A stretch of DNA of 64,000 nt. It comes from Oikopleura dioica (taxonomy: Eukaryota; Animalia; Chordata). Positions 36,122 through 48,925 of this stretch are shown here, in pieces. The DNA is taken from assembly GCA_907165135.1 (NCBI GenBank), contig OU015567.1:10912001-10976000 (forward strand), given 5' to 3'. How positions within the stretch are numbered: the stretch's first letter is position 1; every line of letters starts with the position of its first letter. A program made the translations under genes and the position numbers. The notes beneath the pieces are model-generated. The model did no database searches, was not told the DNA's origin, and saw nothing but the letters and a program-made list of their open reading frames with translations.

Positions 36122-37942
36122 ATGGCAACGTTGGCCGATGAATTTCTCGCTGATTTGGAGGACGATGAAGAAGATGTCATCGATGAGATGGAGTTGGAAA
36201 ACGCCCAGAGTTCTGGAGTTAAAAGCGAGCCCGGTGCTGTTAAGGTGAATGCGGCAGCATGGATGCCGTATAACTAACGGTAAATCTAGACGGAACCAGA
36301 CGTAAAAATGGAAAATGTCCAGAGCATCGACGACATTGACTCGGTAACTAACCTCCTACAATCATCAGAATTCCATGATTACATGGCTCAAATCAAGGAA
36401 AGAGTCGGTGAAAATCCAAAGCCGTGGTTCGGTCTTATTGAACAGAATCCGGAGTATCTTTTGGTTGTCAAAGCCAATGAGCTCTGTTCTAAGATTGATG
36501 ATGAGATTGCAGTTGTTCATAAATTCGTACAGGACATGTACGCTGCGAGGTAAGTCTAAGCTCGAGCAAATTCCTTCGATAACAATGCCGCTAGATTTCC
36601 AGAGTTGCCAGAAACCATCCCCGAGCCTTCTGTTTACCTTAAAACCGTGGCAATTCTTGGAAACGACATCGAAGCCGGGATCAAAAAGCTCGGAGACGTC
36701 CTCTCCTCTCAGACAATTCTTATTGTAACTGTCACAGCGTCCACAACTTCAGGAGTCAAAATAGAAGAAGAAAAACTCGGACCCCTTCGTCGAGGCTGCG
36801 AAGTAGGCACGCAACTTTGTGAAGCGAGAGAACTCATCCTTGAATTTGTCGAGTCCAGAATGGAATTCATTGCCCCGAACGTCTGCCGCATCGTGGGCCC
36901 TGGAATCGCAGCGAAGGTGACTGCTCAAGCTGGTGGAATGACGGCCTTGACGAAAATGCCGGCTTGTAATATCATGCTGCTGGGGAAAGAAAAGAAATCA
37001 TTGCAGGGCTTCTCGAAACTCAACATGTTGCCGAACACTGGATTCGTCTTTTATGCTAAACTTGTCCAAGATCTGCCGCCTGAGTTTAGAAAGAAAGCTG
37101 CCAAATTGGTGAGTCATGCAAAAATTTGTGAAACAATCGAACGTAACAAAAAATTTAGGTCGCGTCCAAACTCACTCTTGCGGCACGGGTGGATTGTTTT
37201 CACGAAGCCGAAGACGGCTCAGTCGGAAAGAATCTGCTAGAGCAAATTTATGAAAAGTTCGACAAATGGCAAGAGCCTCCACCAGTCAAGCAGACAAAGG
37301 TGAAGATATTGTGTATCCGGCCAGTATTTTATTGATTATACCTTAGGCTTTGCCAGTTCCACTTGAAGCTCCACGCAAAAAGCGAGGAGGTCGCAGAGCC
37401 CGGAAGATGAAAGAGCGAATGGGCATTACAGACATGCGTAAATTGGCAAATCGAGTCAATTTCGGCGAGATCGAAGATGACGTTAATCAAATGAACATCG
37501 GCGAAGGTCTCGGCGCGCTCAACGCGAAGGGTGGTGCTAGCGGAAAAGTTAGAACCGCAGCCGTTGACAAGAAAACACAGGTGAGTGTCTACTCGACTGC
37601 ACATCCTTACCCCTTTTCTTTAGGTCCGGATTTCTAAAGCACTCCAGCAAAAACTCGCGAGAAACAACGCTGCGATGAACTCAAGCGGCTTAGCTTCAGT
37701 TTTTCCATCTGGAGGGAGGACAACTGTTGGAAGGTAAGCATCACTGTTTCTCCTTACGGTACAAATTATCTGAGATTAACCTCTGATTCAGAGACAACGC
37801 AAATGGTATGGCATCATCAGTTGCGTTTACCCCACTCAAGGGACTCGAGATCATCAATCCCAACGCCTGTGAAAAACGAGAAGAGTCAAACAAGTATTTC
37901 TCTGATGAAAGCGGTTTCACATCGATCAAGCCTAAAATTTAA
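36122..37942 (+). CDS. PRPF31: U4/U6 snRNP protein Prp31
   Basis: MATLADEFLADLE start, NOSIC/Nop domain (IAPNVCRIVG, KMPACNI), KFDKWQEPPPVK, RKKRGGRR, GMASSVAFTPLKGLEIINP. Confidence 0.97.
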
Positions 37943-38098
37943 AATTCTAATCATACTGCCATTTGATTTCTACGTATTATTGAAACTCCCCGTCCAAAAA
38001 GAATTCAAGCTATATTTTCTAGAATTATTTGTCTCCTACAATCATGCTACTGTCAAAAAGCTCAGATTCACTCTTTTCAGCCAAGAGATTAGTTCAGA

Positions 38099-40155
38099 AT
38101 GGCCGCTATAAAGAACTTGAACCCAAAAGCCGAGCTTGCTCGAAATCACCAGGCCCTTGCCATCAATATTTCCGCCGCTCGTGGTCTGCGCGATGTCATG
38201 AAGACCAACCTCGGCCCCAAGGGAACGATGAAAATGCTCGTTTCCGGCGCTGGCGACATCAAATTGACAAAGGACGGCAATGTGCTTTTGAATGAGATGC
38301 AAATCCAGTCACCTCCTGCTATGCTCATCGCCAAGTGCGCTACTGCTCTTGATGACACTGTCGGTAGGTTATAACTAGACTGTTTTTTTTTTATTACACA
38401 TTGACAATTTGACATTGTAAATTTGCGCAAATCTTAGCAGAATTACGTTATTGGCATCTTCGGGTTTCGACTGTGAGGATGTTGATGACGCCATGGGACA
38501 TGGCACTCTGAACGTTATAAGTGACCTTTAATTATAGGCGACGGAACTTCTCAGCTTATTTGCTTCATTGGCGAGCTTCTGAAGCAAGCTGATGGACATA
38601 TCGCTGATGGAGTTCATCCGAGACTCATCAACGATGGCTTCAGACTCGCATCTGTTGAGGCTAAAAAGGCGCTTGAAATTATCGCTGAAAAGAAGGAAAT
38701 CAATCGAGACCTCCTCCTTCAGGTACAGTTCACCCAAAAAAACAATGATGCTACTTCTTTTTCTAGGTCGCAAGAACGAGCCTTCGAACAAAACTTGATG
38801 CAGAGCTCTCTGAGAAGCTGACAGAAGCTGTTGTCGATGCTATCCTAGCTATCCAGAAAGAGGGTGAGGAGATCAACCTTCACATGGTCGAAATCATGGA
38901 AATGCAGCACAGATCTGCCATGGACACTCAACTCATCAAAGGTTTGCGAATGCTACCTACTAGCATTGATTATTCTAAATAGGTCTCGTTCTCGATCACG
39001 GAGCTCGACATCCCGACATGCCAAAGCGAAGTGAAAAGTGCTTTATTCTTGCCGCCAATGTCTCCCTCGAGTACGAAAAAACCGAGGTCAACTCTGGCTT
39101 CTTCTACAAAACCGCTGAGGAGCGAGAAAAGCTCGTCAAGGCCGAGCGTGCTTTCACCGATCAAAAAGTGCAGAAAATAATCGATTTCAAGAAACAGGTC
39201 TGCAAAGACGAAGGCGAGGGTGAAGCCTCCTTCATCTTGATCAACCAGAAGGGTATCGACCCCATCTCTCTTGATGCGCTTGCCAAAGGTTAGGTCTTCA
39301 ATGCTTTCAAAACTTGACTTTTACTTTCAGAAAACATTGTTGCTCTACGACGAGCCAAGCGACGTAACATGGAGCGATTGGCACTCGCTTGTGGTGGACA
39401 TGCTCAGAATTCGGTCGATGACCTCACTCCTGACTGCCTTGGAAAAGCTGGACTCGTTTACGAAGCTGTCTTGGGCGAGAACAAATTTACTTTTGTCGAG
39501 GATTGTGTCAACCCACAGTAAGTCCAGAAGTTTCTTTATGAAACTGAACTTCTATTCAAGGTCTGTCACTCTTCTGATCCGAGGTCCCAACCGACACACC
39601 ATTGCACAGATCAAAGATGCCATTCGAGATGGTCTTCGAGCGGTCAAAAACTGCATTGATGACAAGCAAGGTACATTTCGAATCAGAATTTTTGATATAG
39701 ATAATCAGCCGTTAAACCATCTTTAGTCGTTCCTGGAGCCGGTGCCTTCGAAATCGCTTGTCACCAGCATTTGATCGAGTACTCCAACACCGTCAAAGGT
39801 CGACAGGCTCTTGGTGTCCGGGCCTTTGCCGAGGCGCTTTTGGTTGTTCCCAAGACTTTGGCGAACAACTCTGGTCACGATCCAATGGATGTTGTCGTTA
39901 CTCTCCAGGTATGCATATTCATTGATAGTCATTTCTAATGCTGCTTCAGTCAGAAACACGAATGAATAAAGAGGCGATGGGCGTTGATCTTCAAACAGGC
40001 GAAGCAATCATCCCTGGTGATGAGGGCATTTGGGACAACTATTGCGTCAAAAGCAGATTCTCGACTCCGCGACCGTCATCTCCGAGCACTTCCTCCTCAT
40101 CGATGAGATCATGCGAGCCGGTTTAGCGACGCTCAAGGCTGGCCCAGCCCAGTGA
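38099..40155 (+). CDS. CCT6: T-complex protein 1 subunit zeta
   Basis: [40 protein letters not shown]. Apparent single-A deletions near 39331 and 40050. Confidence 0.97.
38451..38511 (+). ncRNA. Possible intronic box C/D RNA in CCT6 intron 1
   Basis: Hairpin 38455-38481, then TGATGA 38483, hairpin 38490-38504 and CTGA 38508, inside an oversized 174-nt intron. Confidence 0.25.
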
Positions 40156-40156
40156 T

Positions 40157-40175
40157 TACAGTAAATTGTACTGTA
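40157..40175. repeat. TACAGTA-N5-TACTGTA micro-palindrome, copy 3 (part of a perfect 12-bp stem 40152-40180 overlapping the CCT6 stop)
   Basis: GTGATTACAGTA AATTG TACTGTAATCAC. Confidence 0.75.
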
Positions 40176-40447
40176 ATCACAGTGCCTTAGAGTTTTCCAC
40201 TACAAAACTTACACCGTCTACTTCACTTTCACCGATGACCTGTCTGTCTACTACGCGTTAGATTTTTATTTACTACTATACCAATTCAATTCCATCTTTT
40301 CTTAGAATATTGAAAACTTCCTGAACATGTACCTTTATTAGTTCAATACACTTGTTTTTTGTCCAAAATACTTTAAAATTGCTGTATAAAAACTGCTATT
40401 TTAAAAATTATTGTTGTCTTATTATTTATTCTCGCTTATCAGAACGG

Positions 40448-41394
40448 ATGATATCGCGTATTTCTTGTCAGTCTGTCAGGTCCTTCCAGACTTCGCGAAA
40501 CCTATTCAAGCGTATTCGAAGCCCTCGAAACCAGCAAAATGTGCTCAATGAAACTGTAAACTCGGTCCCTGGGCGTGCTATTCCCGGCTACTCTGTCGGT
40601 GCCAAGATAGCCGCGGGAGCATCTGCATGTGGCCTTGGCGGGCTTGTCTTTTACGGGCTTAACCTTTCCAATGAAAACAGAGCCGTCGACCGTGCTTCCT
40701 ACTGGCCCCAGTATATCAAGGACAGAATTTCCTCCACCTACAACTATCTCTTCCAGAGTCTCTTCGTCACTGGTGCTGCTGCGTATGGAGCGCTCCGTTC
40801 GCCTATGATCATGGGTCTCGCTAGCCGTGGAGGGATCATGGCTTTTGTGGCAACCCTCGCCTGCATGATCGGGCTTCAAATGGGCGTTCACGCGTCGCCC
40901 TATGTTCCTGGCGAATTCAACGCGCAGAAGAAGGCCTTCTGGGCCCTCCACGCAACTTTCATCGGATGCATGATGGCTCCTCTTGTTGCCATGTTTGGCG
41001 ATGTCGTCGCTCAAGCAGCCCTGTACACTGGCGGCCTTGCTGGTGGCATTTCCGCTCTCGGCTGGGTGGCTCCCTCCAAAGATCAATTCAATATGATGAC
41101 CCCACTCGCCATGGGCATGGGACTCGTTCTGGTTGCTGCTATGGCTTCTCCATTTTTAGTCCAACTTCTCCAGCTGGTGGAGCGCTCTTCTCATTCGTTC
41201 TCTGGGGCGGAATGATCCTCTCCGGCGGACTCATGTTCTTCCACACCCAAACCATGCTCAACAAGGCAGAACGACATCCTCTCCATCACCCTAAAGCTTA
41301 TGATCCTATCTCGGCCTCCATGGGAATGTACATCGCAATGGTGAACATGTTCCAGCGACTGCTCTTCATCCTCGGAACAAACAAGAGAAAGTAA
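40448..41394 (+). CDS. GHITM: Growth hormone-inducible transmembrane protein (MICS1/TMBIM5), apparently intronless
   Basis: Presequence, WPQYIKDRISSTYNY, Bax-inhibitor-type helices, YDPISASMGMY. One T missing at 41153-41157. Confidence 0.9.
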
Positions 41395-41604
41395 ATTTGA
41401 AGTTCAAGTGATACCATCGATGTTTCTGATCACACTTTATTCAACCCACTGAAAAAACGCTCCACGTTCACGGATCAATGTATAAAAATTTCATATTTTA
41501 ACCAGTATTGATGTCTTTAATTCTCCTTTCGTTAAACTGTTTCCACAGAGTTACAAACTGAAAAATATAATAAAAAAGAAGTTATTTATATTTTTGGTAT
41601 AAGA

Positions 41605-43996
41605 ATGGGTTTTTCAACTGATACCTTGCGGCCGATCGCCCAGAAAACATGTAGAGGTAAAATTTGAGCAGTAGTCTTGAGTATTAGAGTTGTACTTTAC
41701 CTAAATAATTGTACAGATATTGTCGGACATACTGACGGTAATATCATCAATGCTGCGATTCAATGTATTCTCCAGAACAACACAAAAGAAAAGGCTTCCC
41801 GATACTTAACTCCCTTCCTTGGAGGACTGACGCCTAAGTTTGTAACGAGTTTATTCAACAACGTTGAAAACTATGATCCAGCGTGAGTACTCCCCATTTA
41901 TTAAGGATCGTAAGAAGGTATTTTCAGTGATTATGAAAAACGCAAGATCGGCGACGAAGGCGGACCCGCACGAAAGAAAAAACGCTTCCAGGACTTTGAC
42001 GATATCATTGACGAGAATCCCGCCTTGCTAAAGCAAACTCCCCAAGAAGGTCAGGCTCAAAATGTTCTCGAAGAAGCAAAGAAGCAGATTGAAAACCGAA
42101 AGCGATTCTTGAAGTCGTTGTCGAGCAAGGAAATCTCGAAAGTCGCTGCTGTACAGACGATATCGGCGGAGGGTATGGATCGGGCGCAGAAAGCGGCCGA
42201 AATCAATGCTCGAGTCGAGGCGGCCATGGCACGAGTCAATCCTTCGATGCCACTGAAAGGTCCTACTCCATTGCTTCTGGACAAATCTGGACAGCGCGTA
42301 GATGTAGCCTCAGGCGAAACAATCGTGCCCAAAGCCCGGCCCTCGTTGCTTGCAAACATGAACGTCATGAATCGGGACTTGGTAAAGAAGGAAAACTACG
42401 TTACAGCGAAAGCTAAAGAAGAAACGCGAAAAGAATGGGCTAAGCCGGAAGAGGTTGAAGAAGTCTCACAATTTAAGGACAACCGGTAATATTTTCCATC
42501 AGCAACATTTATTAACGTCATTCAAGGCTTATGTCAAAGTCAATGACGCGAAAAAGCGAGCCTTCAACTTCCATCAAGCTGGAAAATTCGTCAACGAGGC
42601 TAATCTGATGCGGAAGCAAAATAAAATCAAGGAATTGCAGGAGAAAATCAATGCTCGAACACGCGAGACTGGAATTCAACAAGCAACGGCCTTACTTGCG
42701 CCAAGATCGAGGCAAGAATGGGAGATGCACGTCCCAGAAGTCGAATGGTAAGCGTTATGAAATCAAGGAAGAGTTAACCATTAATCTTTTTAGGTGGGAC
42801 TCATTGATCATGGCCGAAGACTTCAAAGTCACGAAGCTCATTGAACATCCAGAACAACAAGCTCCAAACGGCGAGGCACCAGCGCCAGAAGCCATTGGCT
42901 TGTATCTGACCAAGAAGGAGCGAAAGAAGATGCGACGTTTGAACAGAAAAGAAGTTCAGAAAGAGGAGCAAGAAAAGATCCGCCTTGGACTTTTGCCCGC
43001 TCCTGAGCCCAAGGTTTTGAAATCAAGGAAGAAAGGATAGAAATTATCTCTTATTTAGGTCAAGCTTGCGAATATGATGCGCGTTTTGGACTCGGCTGCC
43101 GTTGCTGATCCGACAAAAGTGGAAAAGCACGTCAGAGAGCAAATGGCCAAACGGCAGAGAAAGCATGAGCAAGATAATCTCTCGAGGAAACTAACGGACG
43201 AGCAGAAGCGCGAAAAGAAAATTAAAAAACTGCAAGAAGACACTTCGATCAGCGTTAGAATCGCTATTTATAGAATAAGGAGAGCTTTAAAAACATAATC
43301 TTAGAGACATGTGTATTGTTAAAAGAAACATTTTTAAAACTTACTGACAGATCATTAAAAGATGCCAAGAAAAAGTTCAAAATCGAGATGAATTCTAAGC
43401 AACTGTACATGACAGGAGCTACTGTACTCAACAGAGACTGTTCAATGGTGGTTGTTGAAGGCGGTCCTAAATCTCAGCGCAAGTTCAAACGATTGATGAT
43501 GAATAGAATCAATTGGAAAGAGGATACTCTCGAATACGATGACGTAAGTTCTGATGATTTGATCACTTTACTTCACGACATGTTTGCCAGACTCTCTTAA
43601 ATGTCAGCAACGTATAAAAGAGCCGGGAAATTTTGATTTTCGAAGTTTTCCCTTCTAGATTCAATTTCTGCGTCATAGTATGACGTAAATTACACGTGTC
43701 CTTAGCGGGCCTTTCAGAAAGAATGTAATTTATTCCTTCTTTGATTTTATTCGTTTTTAAATATTTACGAGAGTCATAAGAGACCTCACTTTTCTGAGCA
43801 AATGAGTGAAGCTTTGTTCTAGGGAAACTTTTGCGAGCTAGTTTGGGAAGGTGAGTCCGCTGAGGCAAGCTTTGGACCGATGATTTTCAAACTGTGCGCC
43901 ACTGACGCCCTGGCCCGCGAATTCTTCAGAGATCACAAATGTGAACACTACTGGGATCTTGCCCATTCTAAGGCAACAATTACAAACGCTGATTAG
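41605..43996 (+). CDS. PRPF3: U4/U6 snRNP protein Prp3
   Basis: PWI-like N-terminus, [59 protein letters not shown]. One A missing at 42551-42555. Confidence 0.96.
43280..43350 (+). other. Non-canonical GA-AG intron in PRPF3
   Basis: The join ATA AG|GA...CAG|A TCA gives [17 protein letters not shown], collinear with Prp3; no in-frame GT donor is available. Confidence 0.8.
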
Positions 43997-44128
43997 ATTT
44001 ATAAATTACGGACGACTTTCAAAGTTTTCATGATCACAGTATTTTACTCTTTCTTTGTTCACGGTCCCACTATAGGAAAATTATGACTGCCTGTTAAAAG
44101 TATCTGAAATCATCGATGAATCCCTAGA

Positions 44129-44920
44129 ATGGATATTTTAATGGATATTCCGCCCGTGACGCGGGCATATGTTGTCGCTTGCCTAGGCGTAAATGGAGCT
44201 GTCCAACTGGGGTTCCTCTCGCCCTACCACCTCTACTTCAATAATAAATTGATTTGGGAGCAAAGGGAGATCTGGCGACTCGCCACCAACTTTCTATACT
44301 TTGGCCCAATGGGACTCAACTTTCTTTTCCACTTCTTGTTTCTTTATCGTTATTCCAGAAACTTGGAAGAAGGAAGCTTTCGGTAAAAATATTCTCCAGA
44401 TGCTCATTTACTAATGTTTTTTTTTTTACTTCAGAGGAAGAACAGCAGACTTCGTCTTCTTTTTCTTATTTGGGATGGGCATTTTGACTATCACCGCTTT
44501 CTTCGTAAACATCATTTTCTTGGGCAATGCATTAAATCTCATGTTTGCCTATTTATGGGCCAGGAGAAATCCCTACATTCGAATGACCTTCTTTGGCGTC
44601 ATTAACTTCCAGGTAAGATCGATTCCCAAAAAGTCATCAATACTAACATTCAACCTTAGGCACCTTACCTGCCGTACGTCCTAACTGGCTTCTCCCTTGC
44701 GCTTGGTTCGCCCATCCTCGTCGACGTACTGGGGATCATCTGCGGCCATTTGTATTATTACTTGGAAGACGTCTTCCCGAATGTCGAAGGAGGCTTCAAG
44801 ATCCTGCACACTCCTCAGTTCCTGAAAACTCTCTTTGACCCGGCTCCACTGACCGAGGAACCACGCCTAAACGAGCAAGGCGAGGGTCCCGGCGGCTTTG
44901 ACTGGGGCGATGAGGAGTAA
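44129..44920 (+). CDS. DERL2: Derlin-2/3 (ERAD)
   Basis: [52 protein letters not shown]. Confidence 0.93.
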
Positions 44921-45145
44921 TTCAACATAGACCTATCTTAGTCTAATAATTCAATTCAACATTCAAGTGCTTTTTCGACCTTCCGCCCCTTAGCTACATA
45001 TTCTCATTTTCTTTCATTAGGAAAAAGTTCAGGCACAATATTTTTAATTCTGTACAAAGACGACTGAAAAAACAATGTGCAATACGATGCAAACATTCGA
45101 TTAAACAAGCTTAAACGTTATAAATATTTAGATCATCTAACAACC

Positions 45146-45617
45146 ATGGGTGTTGATATTGAAACCATGAAAGAAGGCAACGGCCAGTGCCCACCAGCAG
45201 GATCCAGAGTCCAGGTACTCAGACAACATATGTATATGATATAACTTATTATCATACAACATATATGATATAACTTATATCATATAAGTTATATCTCTTC
45301 GAGCCTTATTCTTTTTAGGTCCACTACACTGGAACCTTGACTGACGGCAAGAAATTTGACTCTTCCCGAGACCGAGGAAAGCCCTTCGAATTCGTTCTCG
45401 GCCAAGGTCAGGTCATCAAGGTAAAATGACACCTCTTTGCCTCGTACCTAATTCGTTTTTGTAGGGATGGGACGAAGGAGTCGCCCAGATGAGCATTGGC
45501 CAGCGTGCCAAGCTCACTTGCTCTCCAGACTATGCCTACGGCAACCGAGGCTTCCCAGGCCTCATTCCCGCCAACTCAACCCTCGTCTTCGACGTCGAGC
45601 TTCTCGGATTCAAGTAA
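45146..45617 (+). CDS. FKBP1A: FKBP12 peptidyl-prolyl isomerase
   Basis: [55 protein letters not shown]. Confidence 0.95.
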
Positions 45618-45893
45618 ACCTGCCAACACAGATCAACTCCGCAACCGAAACATGCATCCAACTCTGTTCAAAATTAGTTCAAATTAGTAAAGTTCAAACC
45701 TTGCAATCAGTGAGATTCGCTCTTAGACAAATTGACCAATAAATTCGACAAATAAGCGCTCAATTGTTGAGTTCTCGATTCTTATTTCAAACCGACCAAG
45801 GCGCCTGAGGTCCTAAATTCAGTTAAAAAATCGATCCATTCTAAAAGAGACGACTTGAAATCATCAAATAAACACTAGCAATAGTTAAGAAAG

Positions 45894-48319
45894 ATGGTGA
45901 GAACACGTAAAAAGTCGGCAATGAGCGAGAGCGAGGACGAAGTCGCTACTGCTCCTGCTCGTAGATCAAGCCGTCGTTCTAGCAGATCCACTACCAAGGT
46001 TCTTTATGAGGAAGACGATATTGATCCCGAGGCTTTGCAAGGTAAAGCGCTTCTCACCTCTAAGATAAATAGCGATCTATTTCTCTTTTCTCACCTATGG
46101 TGTGACGACTCTATCCCTGAAACTCATATTCTAGCGGTCTTAGAAGCATCGGAAGCTGGTGATGGAGCGGAGGCACCTGTGGAGACGAAGCCGAAGAGAG
46201 GGAGGAAACCAAAGTCAGCGGGAACAACTCCAGTGAAGGCGGCACCGAAAAAACGTGGGCGAAAAAGCAATGCGCAGAAAAAGGCGGAAGCAGAGGCTGA
46301 AGAGGCGGCTCTCTTGGCAAATATTCAAGAAGAACCTGAGCCAGAAGAAGCGAAGGCCGTTGAGGCTGTTGCCAAAGAGCCTGAGAGGTGAACTTTTGAA
46401 GGATTTTGAAAAAGATGAGCAAAAATTCTTTGCTTATTCGGGAAGAAGTGTCTTACATTTGAATTTAGCGCCTCGGAAGCCGTACCGAGTGACCAGAATG
46501 GTAAGTCGGGTCAAGTCATTTCCTCTGCTGCCGAACCAGACACACTAGCAGATGATCAAAATGAACCTAAGGAAACAGAGCCTACTCCAGACGTTTCAAA
46601 AGACCCCGAGCCAGAGTCCTTGCCAGAGCCAGAGCCTGAGCCTGAGCCCACACAAGAAGAAGAGAAGGAGGCAGTTCCAGAGCCCGAGAAAGTGGAAGAA
46701 GCAGATCCAGAAAAGGCAGACGAGCCCTTTGAGATGGTGGAAAAGGAAGATCTTCCGGAAGAAGAGCCGGTTAGTAGATAACTAAAATTTTAGATTTGAA
46801 TATTCTTTAAAGATTGAAAAGGTAGATGCACCTGTTGGGGAGGAGGAAAAAATGTCAACGGAGGATGCTGAGGAAGGAAAAACCGATGAGGCCGAAAAGA
46901 AAGAAGAAAATGGCGACTTGCCTGATTTCGAAGACGAGGAAGAAGAGGAGCAAAATGCTGATGCTCTCCAGCTCGATGCTAACGTTGAAGAAGACGATGA
47001 TCTCAACAAGGTAGTATTTTAGAGCTCATGAATTATTTAAATTTTGAATCAAAGACCGTCGATATCCCGAAAGTAGATGCAAGCCGAAAACGAGAAGCAT
47101 CTGCTGAAGTGGTTAGTGCAGTTATTTCATATTTTCGTTTAACTCGTTTTTAAAGAAAAAGCAGAGAAGTCCATCACCTCCAAGGAAGAGGGAGTCGTTA
47201 AATCGAACTGGCTCTCGTAGAGAGAAAATAAGAGCTCCCTCTCCACCACCAGGCGAAGAATCGCAAGGCATGTTTTCGAATGCTCCGTTGATGCTTTAGA
47301 ATTTTTATCAATGATCAATGCGGTGAACTATAGAGCGGAAAATTAAAGACATATTCAATTGAAAACTTGGAATAGTTGTCCATATCACCAACTTGGTGCG
47401 ACCATTCACTAATAAACAGTTGCTCGAGTATTTGAAAGAAGCGGGTGAATTTGATGAAGAATCATTTTGGATTGATAGGATCAAGTCAAACTGCCTTGTA
47501 AAGGTAAGATAACACTGAATTTCTATATCAACAGCACTTCTACAGTATAACACCTTGGAATCTGCTGTAAACTGCCGAAAATTGATTCATGGAAAGAACT
47601 GGCCATCATCTAATCCAAAAGAATTAAGAGTTGTCTACTCAACCGAGGTAAAAAATCAAAAACGCATCAATTTAGCACTTTTTATTTCAGGAAAAATTAA
47701 AAGCAGCTAAAGAGAACGGAACTGTGAGTAGTCAGAATACAAATGGGCGTCAAAGATCCCCTGTTCGTCGATTTGGAGGCATGCGAAGGTAGGTTTCTTT
47801 CTGCAAAATTGAGTTTAAAAATTTTCAGCGAACATGAATTTGAGCGAGATCGAAAGACTGGTCGGGATCGCCGTAGCCCAGTAAGAGCTCCTAGAGCGAA
47901 AACAGAGAGTCCGGTGCAGTCGGAAGAGTCAGAAGGCGAAGGGTTAGTGATACGACTGCAGAAAGAAATATAAAAACGTTCTAGGGGTATTTCGTTGGAT
48001 GAGCTTTTCAAAAAGACCAAGGCGACTCCGAGTTTGTACTGGCTTCCTTTGACTGAAGACGAAGTCATTGCTCGAGACAAGGCCAGAGAGGAACGAAGAA
48101 AAGCCCGCGAAGAGCGAAGGAAACTAAGGTAAATCTTTGTCTTAATCGCTTGTCTTACTTATTTCTAGCGACGACAAATCAAGAGCTGAAAGACGGCGTA
48201 GCAACTCAAGAGATCGACCTTCACGGCGATCCCGCTCACGCAAGCGGTCCGTCTCACGCAGCAGGAAATCAGTGTCCCGAAGACGATCCTTCTCTCGAAA
48301 GCGATCAGGCTCGCGTTAA
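45894..48319 (+). CDS. ACIN1: Acinus (ASAP complex) homolog
   Basis: RRM VHITNLVRPFT...FWIDRIKS...HGKNWPSSNPK; RSB motif LDELFKKTKATPSLYWLPLT; C-terminal RS domain. Confidence 0.92.
47268..47375 (+). other. GC-AG intron in ACIN1
   Basis: The join CAA G|GC...TAG|TT GTC gives ESQVVHITNLVRPF and skips an in-frame stop. Confidence 0.7.
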
Positions 48320-48925
48320 AAATTCTCGAGACCCTGTTAGTGCAATTTTCAATGTTGGCCCTGACTGTTACTCATCAGAAATTTTCCCTGACCTTTTTCT
48401 CTTATTCCTGGCTGGATGATGTTTTTCAAAAATCTGATTTATAAACACTAGATTATATTTGTTTCCTCCTTCAAAATTCTGAATTCTTAAAAGTTATACA
48501 TACGATAGATACGACAAATCGACCTACACTGCCGCCTATCATGTGATTAAATTATAATGATGTCGATTTCTCAATTTCTTTTTCTTTCAACTTTCCTCCT
48601 TGATTTCACCTCCGAAATCAGCGTTTAGTCGTACCTTATCTTAGAAAACTATTTTCATCTCAATAGTTGAATCCAATCAAAAATAAACACAATCCTTGGT
48701 CCGTTTGTTGTACTCCTTTCTTGTCGAAAAAATAGAAAACATGTTTCCGTTCAAATCGGAATAAATCGATCTCAAAAAAATGAACTATCAATTGATCATC
48801 AATTTATCCGTTTAGATGATCCTCGGACGAAGATCTAACCCTCCTATGAGCTTTGTTGAAGGTAAGATCGAAAATAAGTGTGGACTAAGGCCAGTTTTGT
48901 TACGTAATCTGTTGTAAAGATATAC

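Noticed and set aside
40502-41086. 194-aa minus-strand ORF
   Set aside because: Antisense to GHITM, which explains the open frame.
43544-43822. TGATGA (43552) and CTGA (43794) in the 279-nt last PRPF3 intron, as a possible snoRNA
   Set aside because: The C box is only 8 nt from the donor, the boxes are about 240 nt apart and there is no terminal stem.
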